This document shows, one piece after another, positions 49,679 to 62,870 of a stretch of DNA of 64,000 bases. Source of the DNA: Botryllus schlosseri (lineage: Eukaryota); the NCBI GenBank assembly GCA_051294905.1, contig CM119372.1, positions 1,924,001 to 1,988,000 on the forward strand. The letters are read 5' to 3'. The notes beneath the pieces were generated by a model, which saw nothing but the letters and a program-made list of their open reading frames with translations, had not been told where the DNA came from and ran no database searches. The position numbers were made by a program, and so were the translations under genes. The first letter of the stretch is position 1; every line of letters begins with the position of its first letter.

Positions 49679-52600
49679 AGACTTGTTGTCATCCAAATTC
49701 AGAATAACAAGAACCAAAATCATAGTCAACGGAAAGCATTTAAGTCAAGTGAATATATAGCAAAAGGGGATTTTCATGTTTATGCAAATTACAATATCAG
49801 ATATAGGCCTACCTATGTTTAAGCCAATCGATAAATGTACTGTCTGCATCTATTTTTGTTGTAATTTATGAAACTGTGCTGTGCTATTATGAACAATCGA
49901 ATAACTGCCTAGTAGTTGATAGCGTCAATGTTTCTTGTCACGTAACTAAAATATATGTTCTCAAATGTTATTTTTTCGAGCTTTCTTATCCTCTCTTAAT
50001 GACAATAACAGGACAGCAGTTGGATGGTAGAGCACTAGAGCAGCGATCTCACATGACGTTGAACATCGGAGGGCATTCAAGCATCAAGTACCATGGCATT
50101 TGAACACTAGTATGTTTCAAGCCTCTTTAGAAATCAATTATTCTTTGAAAATTACCATATCGCCGGTGCGGCCAGATTTCCTGATCAGGATAAAAATGAT
50201 TCCAATAACGGATCAAGACTCAATCTCTTGGTGATAATGAGGTAGTCTGCTCGATGGATTGGCAAAAATGTCCGTATCAAATTTATCATTGTTGTTTTCT
50301 TGTCTCTTTGATAAGCTTCCCTGCTCACGAATTTCGTTGCTGTTTCTGCGGCATAAGAATATCTCCAGTTTTGCAGTAGCGGCATATCTTTTTCCAGCTA
50401 GTACAAGTGAAGCAATATTATCTGGAATGCAATATGGCTTTAAATGGCAGTTGTAGCTGAACTTGGTTGTCACATTCACAAGGCACACAAAATTATCCAC
50501 AGGTTGCATTGTAGTGTTCATCTCTTCACCTCTCGTACTCGAATAATATGCATAGTCTTTCAGCAAGACTATTTTTCTCTGCATCAATCGATCCAATGAG
50601 TATCAATCCAATCCGGCACCATTCGTCAAAGTATTATTCATTTTGACTACAATCTTTGGAAATATCTCAATGTCTGAAGCAAAGTGGAACATGACATGGT
50701 TGCTTCTCATGGACGGCCTGGCGTGCCGAAATCCCATAAGATAATGATTTGCACTTTTATTAAGATCCCTGAATCCTTTTCAATTTCCTCGCGGCTGTGG
50801 GTTGCTTTGCAGCTGTTTCAATACACGAACAATCTTTTCTTGAAAGTTAGAATGGACTATAATTTATAAAAAATGTTAACGATCCTGTAAAAAAATTATG
50901 CATTAGACATTTACAGATTGGGAATTTGTTATGTCACAGTTTTGCCAGTCAACTACAATTGAAATCAAGTTATTTATTCAATCCGTCAAGTATTTTCCGT
51001 ACTGCCGCATATGCAATATATATGAGCAATGTGCATATTCAAGAGAGAGATTTTGCATTGGATGATTGTGGAGTTACATTGCTGGGAAAATAACCTGGGT
51101 ATTTGAGGCAGCAGCACATACAATGCAAGTTGATGCTCATGCTCAGGTCATAAAGCGTGATGCAAATCGCGAAAAGTTATGAAGGTTATACATAAAAAAC
51201 CATAGACGTACAGTCGTACACACTATACAATGACGAAGGTTACAAAATCATTTCCTAACCTTTCAATGAATAAGACACCATAGAATGTTGCTCGCAAATG
51301 CATAAATCATCTATTTTGTACAATCCTTCCAGCTATCAATCTTAACGAGTACTCCATGTTAATTTTCAAGGTTTACAGGCAATTCATGGGGAGCACTTCA
51401 CAACGGGTAGATCATATCAAAGAAGTGCCAAAACGTTTACCAGGTATATTTTGAATAAATGGGCATTGGTAGACGCTTTCGGACATCCCGGTGTGAAAGA
51501 TTCAACTATTGATAGCACGACATATCACGCCAGGTCGATGTGCACAATACCAACTATGGAGTGATTATCCTCAATGTCATTCTAGTGCATTGTTTTGCCG
51601 ATGGAATATTGTTTGGAACAATGCCGATTCTCATCATTGATGTGGAATGAGGATTCAACGGCCTGACCCGGTAAAAAGTTATATCTGTTAGCATTTTACC
51701 AATCAGTACAATGTTAGTTTCCGGTTAGTTCCGATATTATATTATGAAGGTACAATCGCTATACTGATACTATGGTTGCCAGTGAACTCGGCCCTACAAC
51801 ATTACAACATATACTATATAAAACAACTTGGTTGCTCACACAATTATCGTAATCAACCCTTCTCTTTTAAAAAATCAGGTGACATAACTGCTGCCAGAAT
51901 ATTTTAAAATCCTCTTTTAATAATCCTTCTAGGTTCTGCACATCTATATTGACGCTCACCCACAGTATCTATTAATTTTTTTGGCTGTGTCGTACATGCA
52001 TGGTTGCAACCGATGCTAAAATGCCTCACAGCTAGTCGGTACTTTGATAAATGTGCATTGTTAAAAGTTATATTAGATCCTAGTATGCAGCACTGCCTCA
52101 CTATGATCAAGAATCCAACAAAAACTAAACCAATTGGGGAAAATCAGTGAATTAGTACGCCAGAAAGGTCGATTGCAGCACTCCCCCACGGTCGACATAC
52201 GCAATTACCTACCTGTACTCAAGCATATCCCGCGACGGACTGATTTCGCCGGGAATCCATCTTATAGCGTTAAGGGGCGTGGCAGTTTCCAATCATTGTA
52301 TATATATATATATTCTTATGCCGCAGAAACAGCAACGAAATTCGTGAGCAGGGAAGCTTATCAAAGAGACAAGAAAACAACAACAATGATAAATTTGATA
52401 CAGACATTTTTGCCAATCCATCGAGCAGACTACCTCATTATCACCAAGAGATTGAGTCTTGATCTGTTATTGGAATCATTTTTATCCTGATCAGGAAATC
52501 TGGCCGCACCTGCGATATGGTAATTTTCAAAGAATAATTGATTTCTAAAGAGGCTTGAAACATACTAGTGTTCAAATGCCATGGTACTTGATGCTTGAAT

Positions 52601-52984
52601 GCCCTCCGATGTTCAACGTCATGTGAGATCGCTGCTCTACCATCCAACTGCTGTCCTGTTATTTTCATTAAGAGAGGATAAGAAAGCTCGAAAAAATAAC
52701 ATTTGAGAATATATATTTTTGTTACGAGACAAGAAACATTGACGTTATCAACTACTATGCACTGTTATTAGATTGTTCATAATAGCACAGCACAGTTTCA
52801 TAAATTACAACAAAAATAGATGCAGACAGTACATTTATCGAATGGCTTAAACATAGGTATATCTGATATCGTAATTTGCATAAACATAAAAATCCCCTTT
52901 TGCTACATATTCACTGGACTTAAATGCTTTCCGTTGACTAGGATTTTGGTTCTTGTTATTCTGAATTTAGATGACAACAAGTCT
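49679..52984. repeat. Inverted duplication with ~680-bp arms (49679-50362 and ~52310-52984)
   Basis: Arms are near-identical reverse complements; the same spurious ORFs appear on opposite strands in the ORF track. Confidence 0.9.
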
Positions 52985-54153
52985 AGGCTTACCATATTTT
53001 GGAAATCAAAAAAGAGGACACTTTTTGGAGAAATTTGAGACTTGCAAAACTGGAGAAGAATTCTCAAAAACCAGTGAATTTTCCCAACTGTTCGATCAGA
53101 TATCAAAATACCGTTTTTCTCACCACATTGCCAGGTGGATGACTAAAAAAAGGTCATCTTTTCGCTCAGAGCTAAAATCGCCGTTTTTCACTCCAAAATA
53201 CCCGCCAGAGCGTCACTTCTGTGCTAATTTGCGGCATGTCACTCGCAATTTGCCATAAATCTGACCTACATTTTCAAAAAAGAGGACAAAATAAGTTTTA
53301 CTTGCTTTGTTACAGAAAATTTCTCGAAATATCCAGCTTTCCGTTTGTGAACATTTAGTGACTCTCTGCTGTGAGCTTGGCCAGCAATCACAAAACATCA
53401 CCGGCGAAATACGTAGTCGGCGAATGATGCTTATTCAACCAATCGATTACATTTATATCGTTTACTGATGTAAAAAATGTAACAGGCATACGGGGCCAAT
53501 CTTGACTTCATATCTTTACTGTATCATTACAACCAAATCCGTGCGATTAAGGTGTTGGCTATCGTTGTAAAACTTGTTGTTGTTTGTGGTATCGGTAGCG
53601 AGTATAAAAACCCGTTTTACACTCTGCTCAATATCAACAATGTAGCAATACTCAGACTCCGAATACATTGTCCAGTCTGGCTAAGACCGTTAAAGGCGTA
53701 ACTTATACTCCCTGGTAAGTCCTCGTCGAAATTGTTGGCAAAGCGACTTAATGTATTGACTTCATGGGACGATTATATCCTTTGATTACTGCGGTTGATA
53801 CATTTAGCTACCTTTAAAACGCCAATATGTACTTCAGCATTGTGGCAATATCTGGCCCGAATAGTCGCTAGGTATCGTGTACATTAATATAGGCTATCAC
53901 TTCATTGAAAGATAGGGTTGGAATTAGCAATATGACGTCACGTGACGTCATGAGGTTCACGTTCGCGTTCACACAGAACCTTTCAAAAAGGTTCGCGTTC
54001 ACACGAACCTGAACCTTTCAGAGGTTCACACCATCCCTAGTTATTATCAACAACTTCTCCAACTATCACCATCTGAATTCCACACGGGATTGATAGTCGT
54101 GCTCGTAACAATGGGTTGTTCACTACGCAAAGCGGAGCGTGAACGATCTAAAG

Positions 54154-55597
54154 CAGCGGTTCTCAACCTTTTTGGCTTCGCGGACCCCTTTTGGCCGTCA
54201 CGGACCCCCTCAAGTTTTAGTTCAATTTTAGCTCTATTAGGGTGGAACCTTCAAGTTCAACTGTCTTGTGCAAATATGAACTGTTGGCTTGTGATAAAGA
54301 GCAAAATCTCGATTTTTCTTGAAAATGACATCATACTATTTATATAGAAATTCGTAGACTTTTATTATTTCAAAACTAATTTTGTTGCTGTATTGTGGTC
54401 GAGTCTTGAAAATCCGAGTCTTCGTTTTGATATGAGCGAGGAGTGCCGAAAACCATTTCCGCAAAGATATATATGGAGGCTAATGCAATATTAACGCATA
54501 ACGCCTCCGACGATAATTTTGGTGTGATCGTAACATTTATGGCACCAAAATGAAGAAACTTATATTTTATGGACATATCACGTCCAGCATCTAGCGCAGG
54601 GACGGGCAACATACGGACCGCGGGCCGGATTCTGCCCGCGACGCATTTTGATTGGCCCGCAGAGAGTTTCTACCACGTGAAATCCTAATTTAATAGTATA
54701 GACAAATTTTATGCGCCAAAGAATGGAACCAAGTTTTCCGTCCTGAGAAAGACAGTCATGAAACGACTTGTTCTGTTTGGGTTTACATATATATTTACGA
54801 GCAAACATTTTCGGCCATGAACAATTGAACATTGACAAGACGAGGCTGCATACCGATATAACTGGTGATATAAATTTCAGAGTTGGAGTGTAATGCTTTG
54901 ATAGCAAAGAAACACTCCTTGTTCATCAAAAAATCAGCTTTGTCGATAGGGCATCTGCAACAAGAATGCGTCAAATCTGATAGCCGAGCTTTAAGAGCAG
55001 GTATATCATCGTCCGATTTATGACGAGTGTCAGCCTAAAATATTTGGGTTCATTTCAATATGAATATACTATTCAATTGTATATTAAAGTTGTGTACCTC
55101 CAAGAAGCTGTTCAAATAGTGGCTATGTATATCACAGGATGAAGTGGATTTCGTGTCGAGGTTTCAATCCCTGCATTGGGACAAATTAGGGAAATACTTC
55201 GTAAATTTTTATTTTAAACGACTGTTCACTAATTTGATGAGACTGACAACTTAAAATCGAGAAGACATTACGAAGTCACCCTGATTGATGTTACTATCTC
55301 CATATTTTTATTTTTTCAACAAACCCCAACAAAACGTCTCTAAACAGCAATATGTTTGTATCAGCAGGTTATTGGAAATTTGGCAATGAAAATGAATTTC
55401 CACACTCCGATAGTTCATGTCAGACGATTATTATGATGATATGAGTTATGAGGTTTCAGCAGTTGTGGTGCGAAATTGCCTCATGCTTTCTCAAATTAAA
55501 AAATAAAATAAAAATTACGTTATCAACCACTTAAAAAATTTATTGGTCTCGCGCACCCCCTGAAATTGCTTCGCGGACCCCCGGTTGAGAACCGCTT
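54154..55597. mobile_element. hAT-Charlie-like element with nested fragments
   Basis: TIR CAGCGGTTCTCAACC / GGTTGAGAACCGCT, perfect 8-bp TSD ATCTAAAG. Confidence 0.82.
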
Positions 55598-56611
55598 ATC
55601 TAAAGGGAGTTGAAAATTATTGCGCACAGTGTAAATAGTGCAGTTTAATTATTATGAGTATTTCTGTGTGAATATGCGCTAGAACTATTACAATATCAAA
55701 TATTAAAAGTATTACCTGCAGTAATACCATAAATATCCATTTTAACAAGATAGTTACTGCAGAATCACGCCAACAAAATATGTCGCGGATGAATATCAAT
55801 GGGGCATTTAAATCAGTCGTCACTCCATCCTATAACCTCACTAACTGAAGCAAGACTGCGTGGGCATTGTGGTATGTAAGTAAGTATCTTTCACAGTTGG
55901 TTCGTGGTACAGAACTTGAAGATAGCTTTCAATACAACACCCATTGCAGTAAAATATTTATTCAACTCGAAGATTTTTCGGGTGCCTCTTTTCAAGAGTT
56001 AACGGCACACTGAAGGGATTTAAAGGTCAACTGCATCTTATAGACAACTTCGCCTAATCATGTTCAGAATTTTTTTTCATACCGAAATTGCCGACTTTCC
56101 GTATTTCAAACTAATCGGAAATTGCCGTAATTTGGACTGAAAGTCCCAAAATTGGTATGTTTACAGAAAAAGCGAAATGTTCATTGTGACGTCATGTAGT
56201 TGACATCTCTTCTGACCGCTGCGGATGTATGCTATAGGGCTGGTGCTTTTGCAGTAGCATGGCGATTATATTAGTTAGTTATCGTGGAGGTTCCGCTTGT
56301 AATGGATTCACCAAGTGAGTGCGATTACTCAGATGACGAATGTAAGTATGCTTTTCGCCCTTGCTTACGAAAGTAATGTTTAAACTGAACAGTGAACACG
56401 TATCAAGTGTTGATGAGCTCAATCCCGTATCAGTGGAACTCCTTGCTGCTCCGAAAACGAGGGGTCGTTTGAGTATGATTATTGATGAATAACCTAAGGA
56501 GGTTAGTAATATATAGTATGATCAGCCTGGCTTGTTCAGCTGAAGCCGCTTGTCTATACCAAATGAAATACACCGGTATGTGTAATTTGGTGGAGTACCC
56601 TACCTCTTTTC

Positions 56612-58980
56612 CAGTGGCGGCTCGTGACAATATCGGGTGGTGGGGCAAGGGCTGCGAGCGACTTTTATCAACATGACGTCACAATGGCGTTTTCCAACGT
56701 AAAAAAGTAACTTTATGATGGTCACATGAATTTCCCGACAACAGTGATTTTAAAGTAGGTGCCGCGAGAGGTTTGCCGGTGAGCCGTGACTTGAAGTGTG
56801 GTAACAAATGTTTTATTCATTTATTTTTAATCAAAGGATTATTTTACAAAATGTACGTGAACTAAGAATCGTCCCTATGCCACGAATCAAGTATCAGGTC
56901 ATCCTTAGTAGCATGCGTTTTGATTTCATGGTAGAGTTATAGATTACGCAAATCGATAGACCCTAAAATCCGACCGTCACCCCAAATTCGAAATCCGGAT
57001 CCAGTCCGGCCAGGTAAAAAAACATTGAAATCCTGCTCCTGCTCCTGAACCGGACTGTGGCCATCTCTGGTTACGACCAGGTGATAATAGGCAACCAAAG
57101 CGGAGGCACCCGGCGTACGATTGGATCAATAGACTGGACAACTTCTAGACCTCTCATTTTCTCTCTAAAGGCAACTGCGTAAACTACGTACGGAATAAAG
57201 ATTCAATACGATTCATGTTCGCACTTGACTTGACCTGACTAATTCCAATGACTAGAACTCGAGAGATTGCGTAAGCCTAACTGGAAAGGTCAACGAGTTC
57301 GGACACATACGCAATTGTTATCTCATAGATTGGGCCTGTCATATTGAATCCAGAACATCAATTTGAATGGTCTTTGAAGAACTAAGGACAACAGCCTCGG
57401 AACTTCGGTCTCGGAACAACGTAGGACATTTTGGCCTTGAAACTGGAGACTGTGACACAACACATACGGCTCACTGTCTATAAGTCTGCTGCGAAATCGC
57501 CGTTGGAAAATATATTAATATATAAATACATGAATAAAAGCCGTAACTTAGTATACTGTTACAAGAAATCATCGAGAAGTAGCATACGTAATCTCATAAC
57601 CCATTCCGGTATGGTACACTGTCAAAATCAATGCAAACAGACGAACACCGAACTTTGAGTAAAATAGATCGAGGAATAGGCTGATCGAATGATCAGCTGT
57701 TAGCCGACATCGAAAATGAAATAGCTATCGCAATTGACAGGGGATTGTAAGCAAATGGTTTGAAGGCCACAATTTCACAGTGAAATGGACATTGGCGAAC
57801 ATAAAATTATGCGAATACTTGAATGCAAACCGAGAATCTTGGTTGGCTGTTTCATGCGATCATCGAGATATACCATTGGAAATATCACCACCGATCTCGT
57901 TATGGAACGCAGACTATAGATTAGCACAGACCGACACCGGCTTTTGCGTGAGATCCGCAATGACGTAGGTAGGCTAAGTATCAGATCAGCGCGCATCTCT
58001 ACCATACTCGACCTCGAAAACGAAATAACTGCCTCAATCATTGAGTGTCAACTTTAAGACTTGGCACCGCGTTCGATACTAAAATCAAGACATACCGTGT
58101 GAAAGCTCATGACAGATCTAGGTATAGAACATCGTTAAAATCAATAGAGACCAATAACGGCTTTTGCGTAAATTTGTTGGCGATAAATGAAGAGTCAGCT
58201 CTTACTCGCCTTTGGAAACGAAATTACCACCCACATAGTTCAGTGACAAACTTAAAACTTGTTACATCGGTCGATACTAACACTTACCGTGCCAAATGTC
58301 ATGACCGATCTCGGTATAGAACATCGTCAAAATCAATGGAGACCAATACCGGCTTTTGAGTAAAATCCGTTTGCTGTACTATGTACATGATAGATCAGCA
58401 CACACTGAACTTCGGAAACGGAATTACTACCATTATCTTTAAGTAGCAAGCCTAAAACTTGGAGCAGTGTTAAATACTACCTTCACGACATATCATACCA
58501 AGTTTCAAGAATTATCATGGTGCGAAACACCGTCAAAATCGACCTATACCAGCAAAGGTCGACTCAACGCATATTACGGTAACCGAGTTCAGATATAGAT
58601 ACGATTGTTACATCACACCTTAGGGGCGAGTAGGCATATTTGCCCCGGTTGCTCGGCCATTTTACGAATAGGAGAGAGTAAATCACCGTTTCTTTATTGT
58701 GCGCGGCTTTGAGAGAATAGATAGTGAAAGCTTGTTATGAGCGCTACCGGGGCAAGCCCCGGCTAGGCATTCACAAAGCGAAAACACAGAAGAGAATTCG
58801 ATTTTCGCAGAGACTTCGCTATGTATGGGCGTTTGCAAGCGAAAGCACAAGAAGAACGCGGGTTTCGCTGTGATCTCGGGATATATTGATTGCTGTGCGT
58901 CTATAAATGGTTAAATTGTTATTGAACAGAATTTTAGGTGGGGCAATGCCCCAGTTGCCCTATAGGACGAGCCGCCACTG
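56612..58980 (-). mobile_element. hAT-type non-autonomous element, copy 2 (inverted relative to copy 1), inserted in the Kolobok
   Basis: Same TIR, 8-bp TSD CTCTTTTC at 56604-56611 and 58981-58988; ~57650-58980 is the reverse-complement homolog of ~968-2260. Confidence 0.9.
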
Positions 58981-59019
58981 CTCTTTTCAGTTATTAATCT
59001 TGGTATTATCAATTACAGG

Positions 59020-59400
59020 ATAGAGGATGGAGGTTATTGCCAACTTATGCAAACTATTAGTGGGAGAGCAACTAACGAATTATTAGTGCATCACAGCATT
59101 ACCAGGATTTCAATCAGTAGCTCAATCAGAGAGATATCTCACTATAGATATCAACAGAAATATTGTCATATAATTATACCATCTAGTTTGATGCATGAGC
59201 GAATGAGTCTCATTCACATGAAACGTTGAGTCGTGTGCCAAGTAATTACCCGTCAGTAACACAACAATTATGCTTTTCAGGAAGCTGAGAAAAACTGTGT
59301 ACGGAAGTTTTGTTTGCTGGCCATTGGGATTCTGCAAGACAAACCAACGAGAAATCCTGTCTGTACATCCGATCAAAATTCAAAGGATTTCAATTTTGCA
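59020..59400 (+). pseudogene. KolX (P2X7 C-terminal-like) gene remnant of Kolobok
   Basis: Degenerate translations GYCQLMQT, CITALPGFQSV..LNRE, KLRKTVYGSFVCWPLG..REILS..IRSKF.GF match the KolX pattern CITxHPGFxxVCLN...YRQFxxWxxG...RxxIPSC...IRxxFP...GF. Confidence 0.6.
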
Positions 59401-59429
59401 ATGCTTCGCGAAGGAATAATTGTATTGAA

Positions 59430-60880
59430 AATAATAAATGCAACATAACCAATCCATCAACAGTACTACTGTGTCAGGGAGAGAAATATAGTTTTGTGTC
59501 CAACAATAGCTTCTTCTGTCCAGCAATGGCTTCAACTAATTTTCACGATGCTGCTAGTTGAATGAGGAAGCCATCGCAATAGACTTGGTCGACTCTGCCG
59601 TATCTGGTCTTGCTTGAATACATGCGCCAACTTCTTCATTGCAGGAATCTAAAGCAGGAGCAAAAACATTGCAGAGTTTTATAATAAAGTCGAATCAAAG
59701 GCAGTATACCAAATGCTGCTCCGAAGTATCATAAAAATGAAGGATTGCCAACTGCATCCTACCTAACTTTTAGACTGCTATGGTGATAGTGATACGTTTT
59801 AATCTTTTACTGAGCTGTCGATATCTTGAGAGATTTAGTCACTGATATCTGACAGTCTTCATTCAGTAACTTAAGTAACTAATATGATTATATGACTAAA
59901 CATGTACTGTACACAAACAGAAGTTTATTTTCAAAAGTAATAGCAACTCTTCCGTTAAAATGAGGTCTGCGACATAACCATTATAGATCATGAAGTCAGC
60001 AGGTTACAGACTCCTATTAACTAATGCCTTTATACATCTTTTTTCTTGATTGATTTTCAAGTGGCTTTATTTCAGACTAAGTACACTTCTACTCTCAAAG
60101 TTTTTCAAGGCATACTTATTTCAGTTATTTGCCTATATACAGTCCATCCTCAAGATTACCGGACCACGACTGATCTATCGATCTCGCTTCCCATGACATG
60201 CCGCCCTAGTTCTTGTCGCTTTCTTTTTCTATACTATCTTCTTGACTTTCATTCAGTGTGCATGCCTCCTCTTTACATCGCCTAGGCCAAGGTGGGTGTC
60301 AGATTCCATAGACTACTCCTTGTCGCTTAGACATCTTCCTGTCTTTTCATTGTATCGCATTTTTGTGGTGTATTGAACTGATAAAATTGCTTATAAACCA
60401 ATGATGATGATGATTGCACAATGCACATGCACATGCGTGTAAACAATAACTACTTTGATGACTACCGTACCACAGTCAATACTACTATAAACAGTTAGTT
60501 ACACTCTTACAATACTAGCTAACACAGTACATTTTCACTTACCGATTTTGGACACTTTGCATAGCTTTAGAAGTGCGTTCCTCTGCCATTACCACAATTT
60601 CACTGGTGCGTGAGAATAAAGTATGAACGGCACTACTGCAGTACGTCGGCACTACGTGTGAGAGTTTCCGTGGTCAGCAGTCAACTTTATTGCGCGTTGC
60701 GTATATCGGATACGTCATTGAAAATGTCTCTGCCTTTGGTTGTCCATAAGTCCGCACTTTTGGTCTTAGCGGCGTCCGGTCGCCTGACGGTATACGGATG
60801 GATTTTGGCAGCGATGTAAAGACATTGTGGGCACGGCATATTGCGTATTGGAGCAACCATACGCGACATAACATCTGACT
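59430..60880 (-). pseudogene. Kolobok THAP-domain transposase remnant
   Basis: 5' end reads VRCYVAYGCSNT..SLHR..NPSVYRQ..RHF..TAVVPF (THAP-like). 3' part reads KLVEAIAGQKKLLLDTKLYFSP*HSS. Many stops and frameshifts, plus a LINE insertion. Confidence 0.55.
60136..60414 (+). mobile_element. LINE 3' tail, second copy, inserted in the Kolobok
   Basis: Near-identical to 24527-24810; ends in (TGA)n. Confidence 0.78.
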
Positions 60881-61298
60881 CTATGAATCACCTCCTTCAC
60901 AGCCTTCATGATCTCACTCAATGATTGAAATCTACAGCAAATCTAAGCAACGAATCCCACCTAACAGCCAACAGGAATAACAAGGATTTTTGTAGTGTCA
61001 ACTACTTGACGTCATTTCACGGCTGGATGATTTCGGGATCGTTTTTCGGAATTTCGATTTGTAATTTAAGTTACTTGAAAACTATCATGTAATTTTCATT
61101 TTCATTATTTTTTTCTTATTCCTAACCACATAATCTACGAAATAAGCAAAAGTCTTTTCGGACATGCAGTTGACCTTTAAGCAGAATGAAAAGCAAAACC
61201 AGAAAGGCAAAGTATGACGCAACAATAAGAAATTACATACCATGAAGTCGGCAATGTAACAATGGCAACAACAACAATTTTGAACTGTACGGTACTAT

Positions 61299-62327
61299 GG
61301 TTGCCAGTAAACTCGCCCCAAAGTAAATTCGGCCCGTCGAATTCGGCCCTCGGTCACTTCGGCCCTCGGTGAATTCGGCCCTCGGTAAATTCGGCCAGGG
61401 CAAGAGTAACAACAACAGTTACAATACCATTATCTAACCTGAACCCTAACCCTAATCCTAACCTAACCCTAATCCTAACCTAACCCAACCCTAATCCTAA
61501 CCTAACCCTAATCCTAACCTAACCCTAATCCTAACCTAACCCTAATCCTAACCCTAATCCTAACCCTAACGCTAATCCTAACCCTAAACCTAACCCCTAA
61601 CCTCCAAATCACTTGATAATATTATAATTATGTAATATAATACACATTATTAGTTTGTAATACAATTGCACACAATGTTATCAAGTGATTTGGAGGTTAG
61701 GGGTTAGGTTAAGGGTTAGGATTAGCGTTAGGGTTAGGATTAGGGTTAGGTTAGGATTGGGGTTAGGTTAGGATTAGGGTTAGGTTAGGATTAGGGTTAG
61801 ATTAGGATTAGGGTTAGGCTAGGATTAGGGTTAGGTTAGGATTAGGGTTAGGATTAGGGTTAAGTTAGGATCCTGGCCGAATATACCGATTGAATTCGGC
61901 TGTCGGTAAATTCGGCCCCGTAAACATCGGCATATATATATACATATATATATTTATACGCATACCCTGTTCTCCAAATCACTTGATAATAATATAATTA
62001 TGAAATTAATTCACATTAATAGTTGGTAATACATTTTTATAAAAAATTCTCCGAGGGCAGAATTGACCGAGTAACCAGTGAATTGACCGGTGAATTCGGC
62101 CGTCGGTAAATTCGGTCCCCGTGAATATCCGCGCTATCTCCCGTGATTACGCGATCTACGCATACCCTGACATCCAAATCACTTAATAATAGTATAATTA
62201 TGTAATTAATTCATGTTAACGGTTGGTAATACATTTTAATACAATATTCTCGGTGGGCCGAATTTACTGATGTAATGGTCGAATTTGCCTGGGCCGAATT
62301 TACTTTGGGGCGAGTTTACTGGCAACC
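61299..62327. mobile_element. MULE-like foldback element with telomere-like internal repeats
   Basis: 37-bp TIR GGTTGCCAGTAAACTCGCCCCAAAGTAAATTCGGCCC, perfect 9-bp TSD CGGTACTAT at 61290-61298 and 62328-62336. Confidence 0.88.
61435..61870. repeat. Inverted arrays of TTAGGG-variant repeats (17-bp unit CCTAACCCTAATCCTAA)
   Basis: C-strand array ~61435-61600 and G-strand array ~61695-61870 around an AT-rich spacer. Confidence 0.9.
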
Positions 62328-62481
62328 CGGTACTATATTAACATAGCAATTGGGAACTAAACTAAACAATAACAAACACGAATTAGAACGCACTAATGGG
62401 AAATTTGTAAGTGGTACAGAAAATCTTTTTGTCTACATAAAATAGGCTTGGTCAATTGGATGATTGTTGATTCTAAGACTT

Positions 62482-62870
62482 TCAAATGAAACAAGGATCT
62501 AAGACTTTCAAATGAAACAAGGATCTACCTCGCGCAATGACAGTAAACATTTGGTCATTATAGTTTTGAGCGCAAGAAGGGTTCTCACTTAAATGTTGGC
62601 CAATTGAAGCGTATGCTTGATAATCGTCATAACAGTCAGTTTTTGCGGCTAATTTGCATTGGCGTCCGAACTCCGTACGGTCATTTGCGCAAGTTTTTGA
62701 GCGAATCAATTTGGGAATGTGTTGCGTTATCCGTTCAAACAATCTTTGTGATGTACGTCCCACATACCTACTATCACAGTGGCACTTAAATTCGTAGACG
62801 ACGTTACTTGCATTTAAAGCAGGAAGTACATCCTTTCGGAAGTTTGGCAGAAGTAGTTTAGTTGTATACA
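62482..62870 (-). pseudogene. Penelope-like retroelement GIY-YIG endonuclease fragment
   Basis: KDVLPALNASNVVYEFKCHCDSRYVGRTSQRLFERITQH...SIGQHLSENPSC...FTVIARGRSLFHLKVL. Confidence 0.88.

Larger units (their letters stand above)
56024..61176. mobile_element. Kolobok DNA transposon (decayed)
   Basis: TIR AGGTCAACTGCAT...ATGCAGTTGACCT flanked by TTAA at 56020-56023 and 61177-61180; contains convergent KolX-like and THAP-transposase remnants. Confidence 0.8.

Noticed and set aside
50185..52490. Duplicate ORF YSYAAETATKFVSREAYQRDKK
   Set aside because: A by-product of the inverted duplication; no recognisable domain or splice structure.
61435..61870. True telomere or telomere fusion site
   Set aside because: The repeats are variant 17-bp units enclosed by TIRs and a TSD, so they belong to a mobile element.
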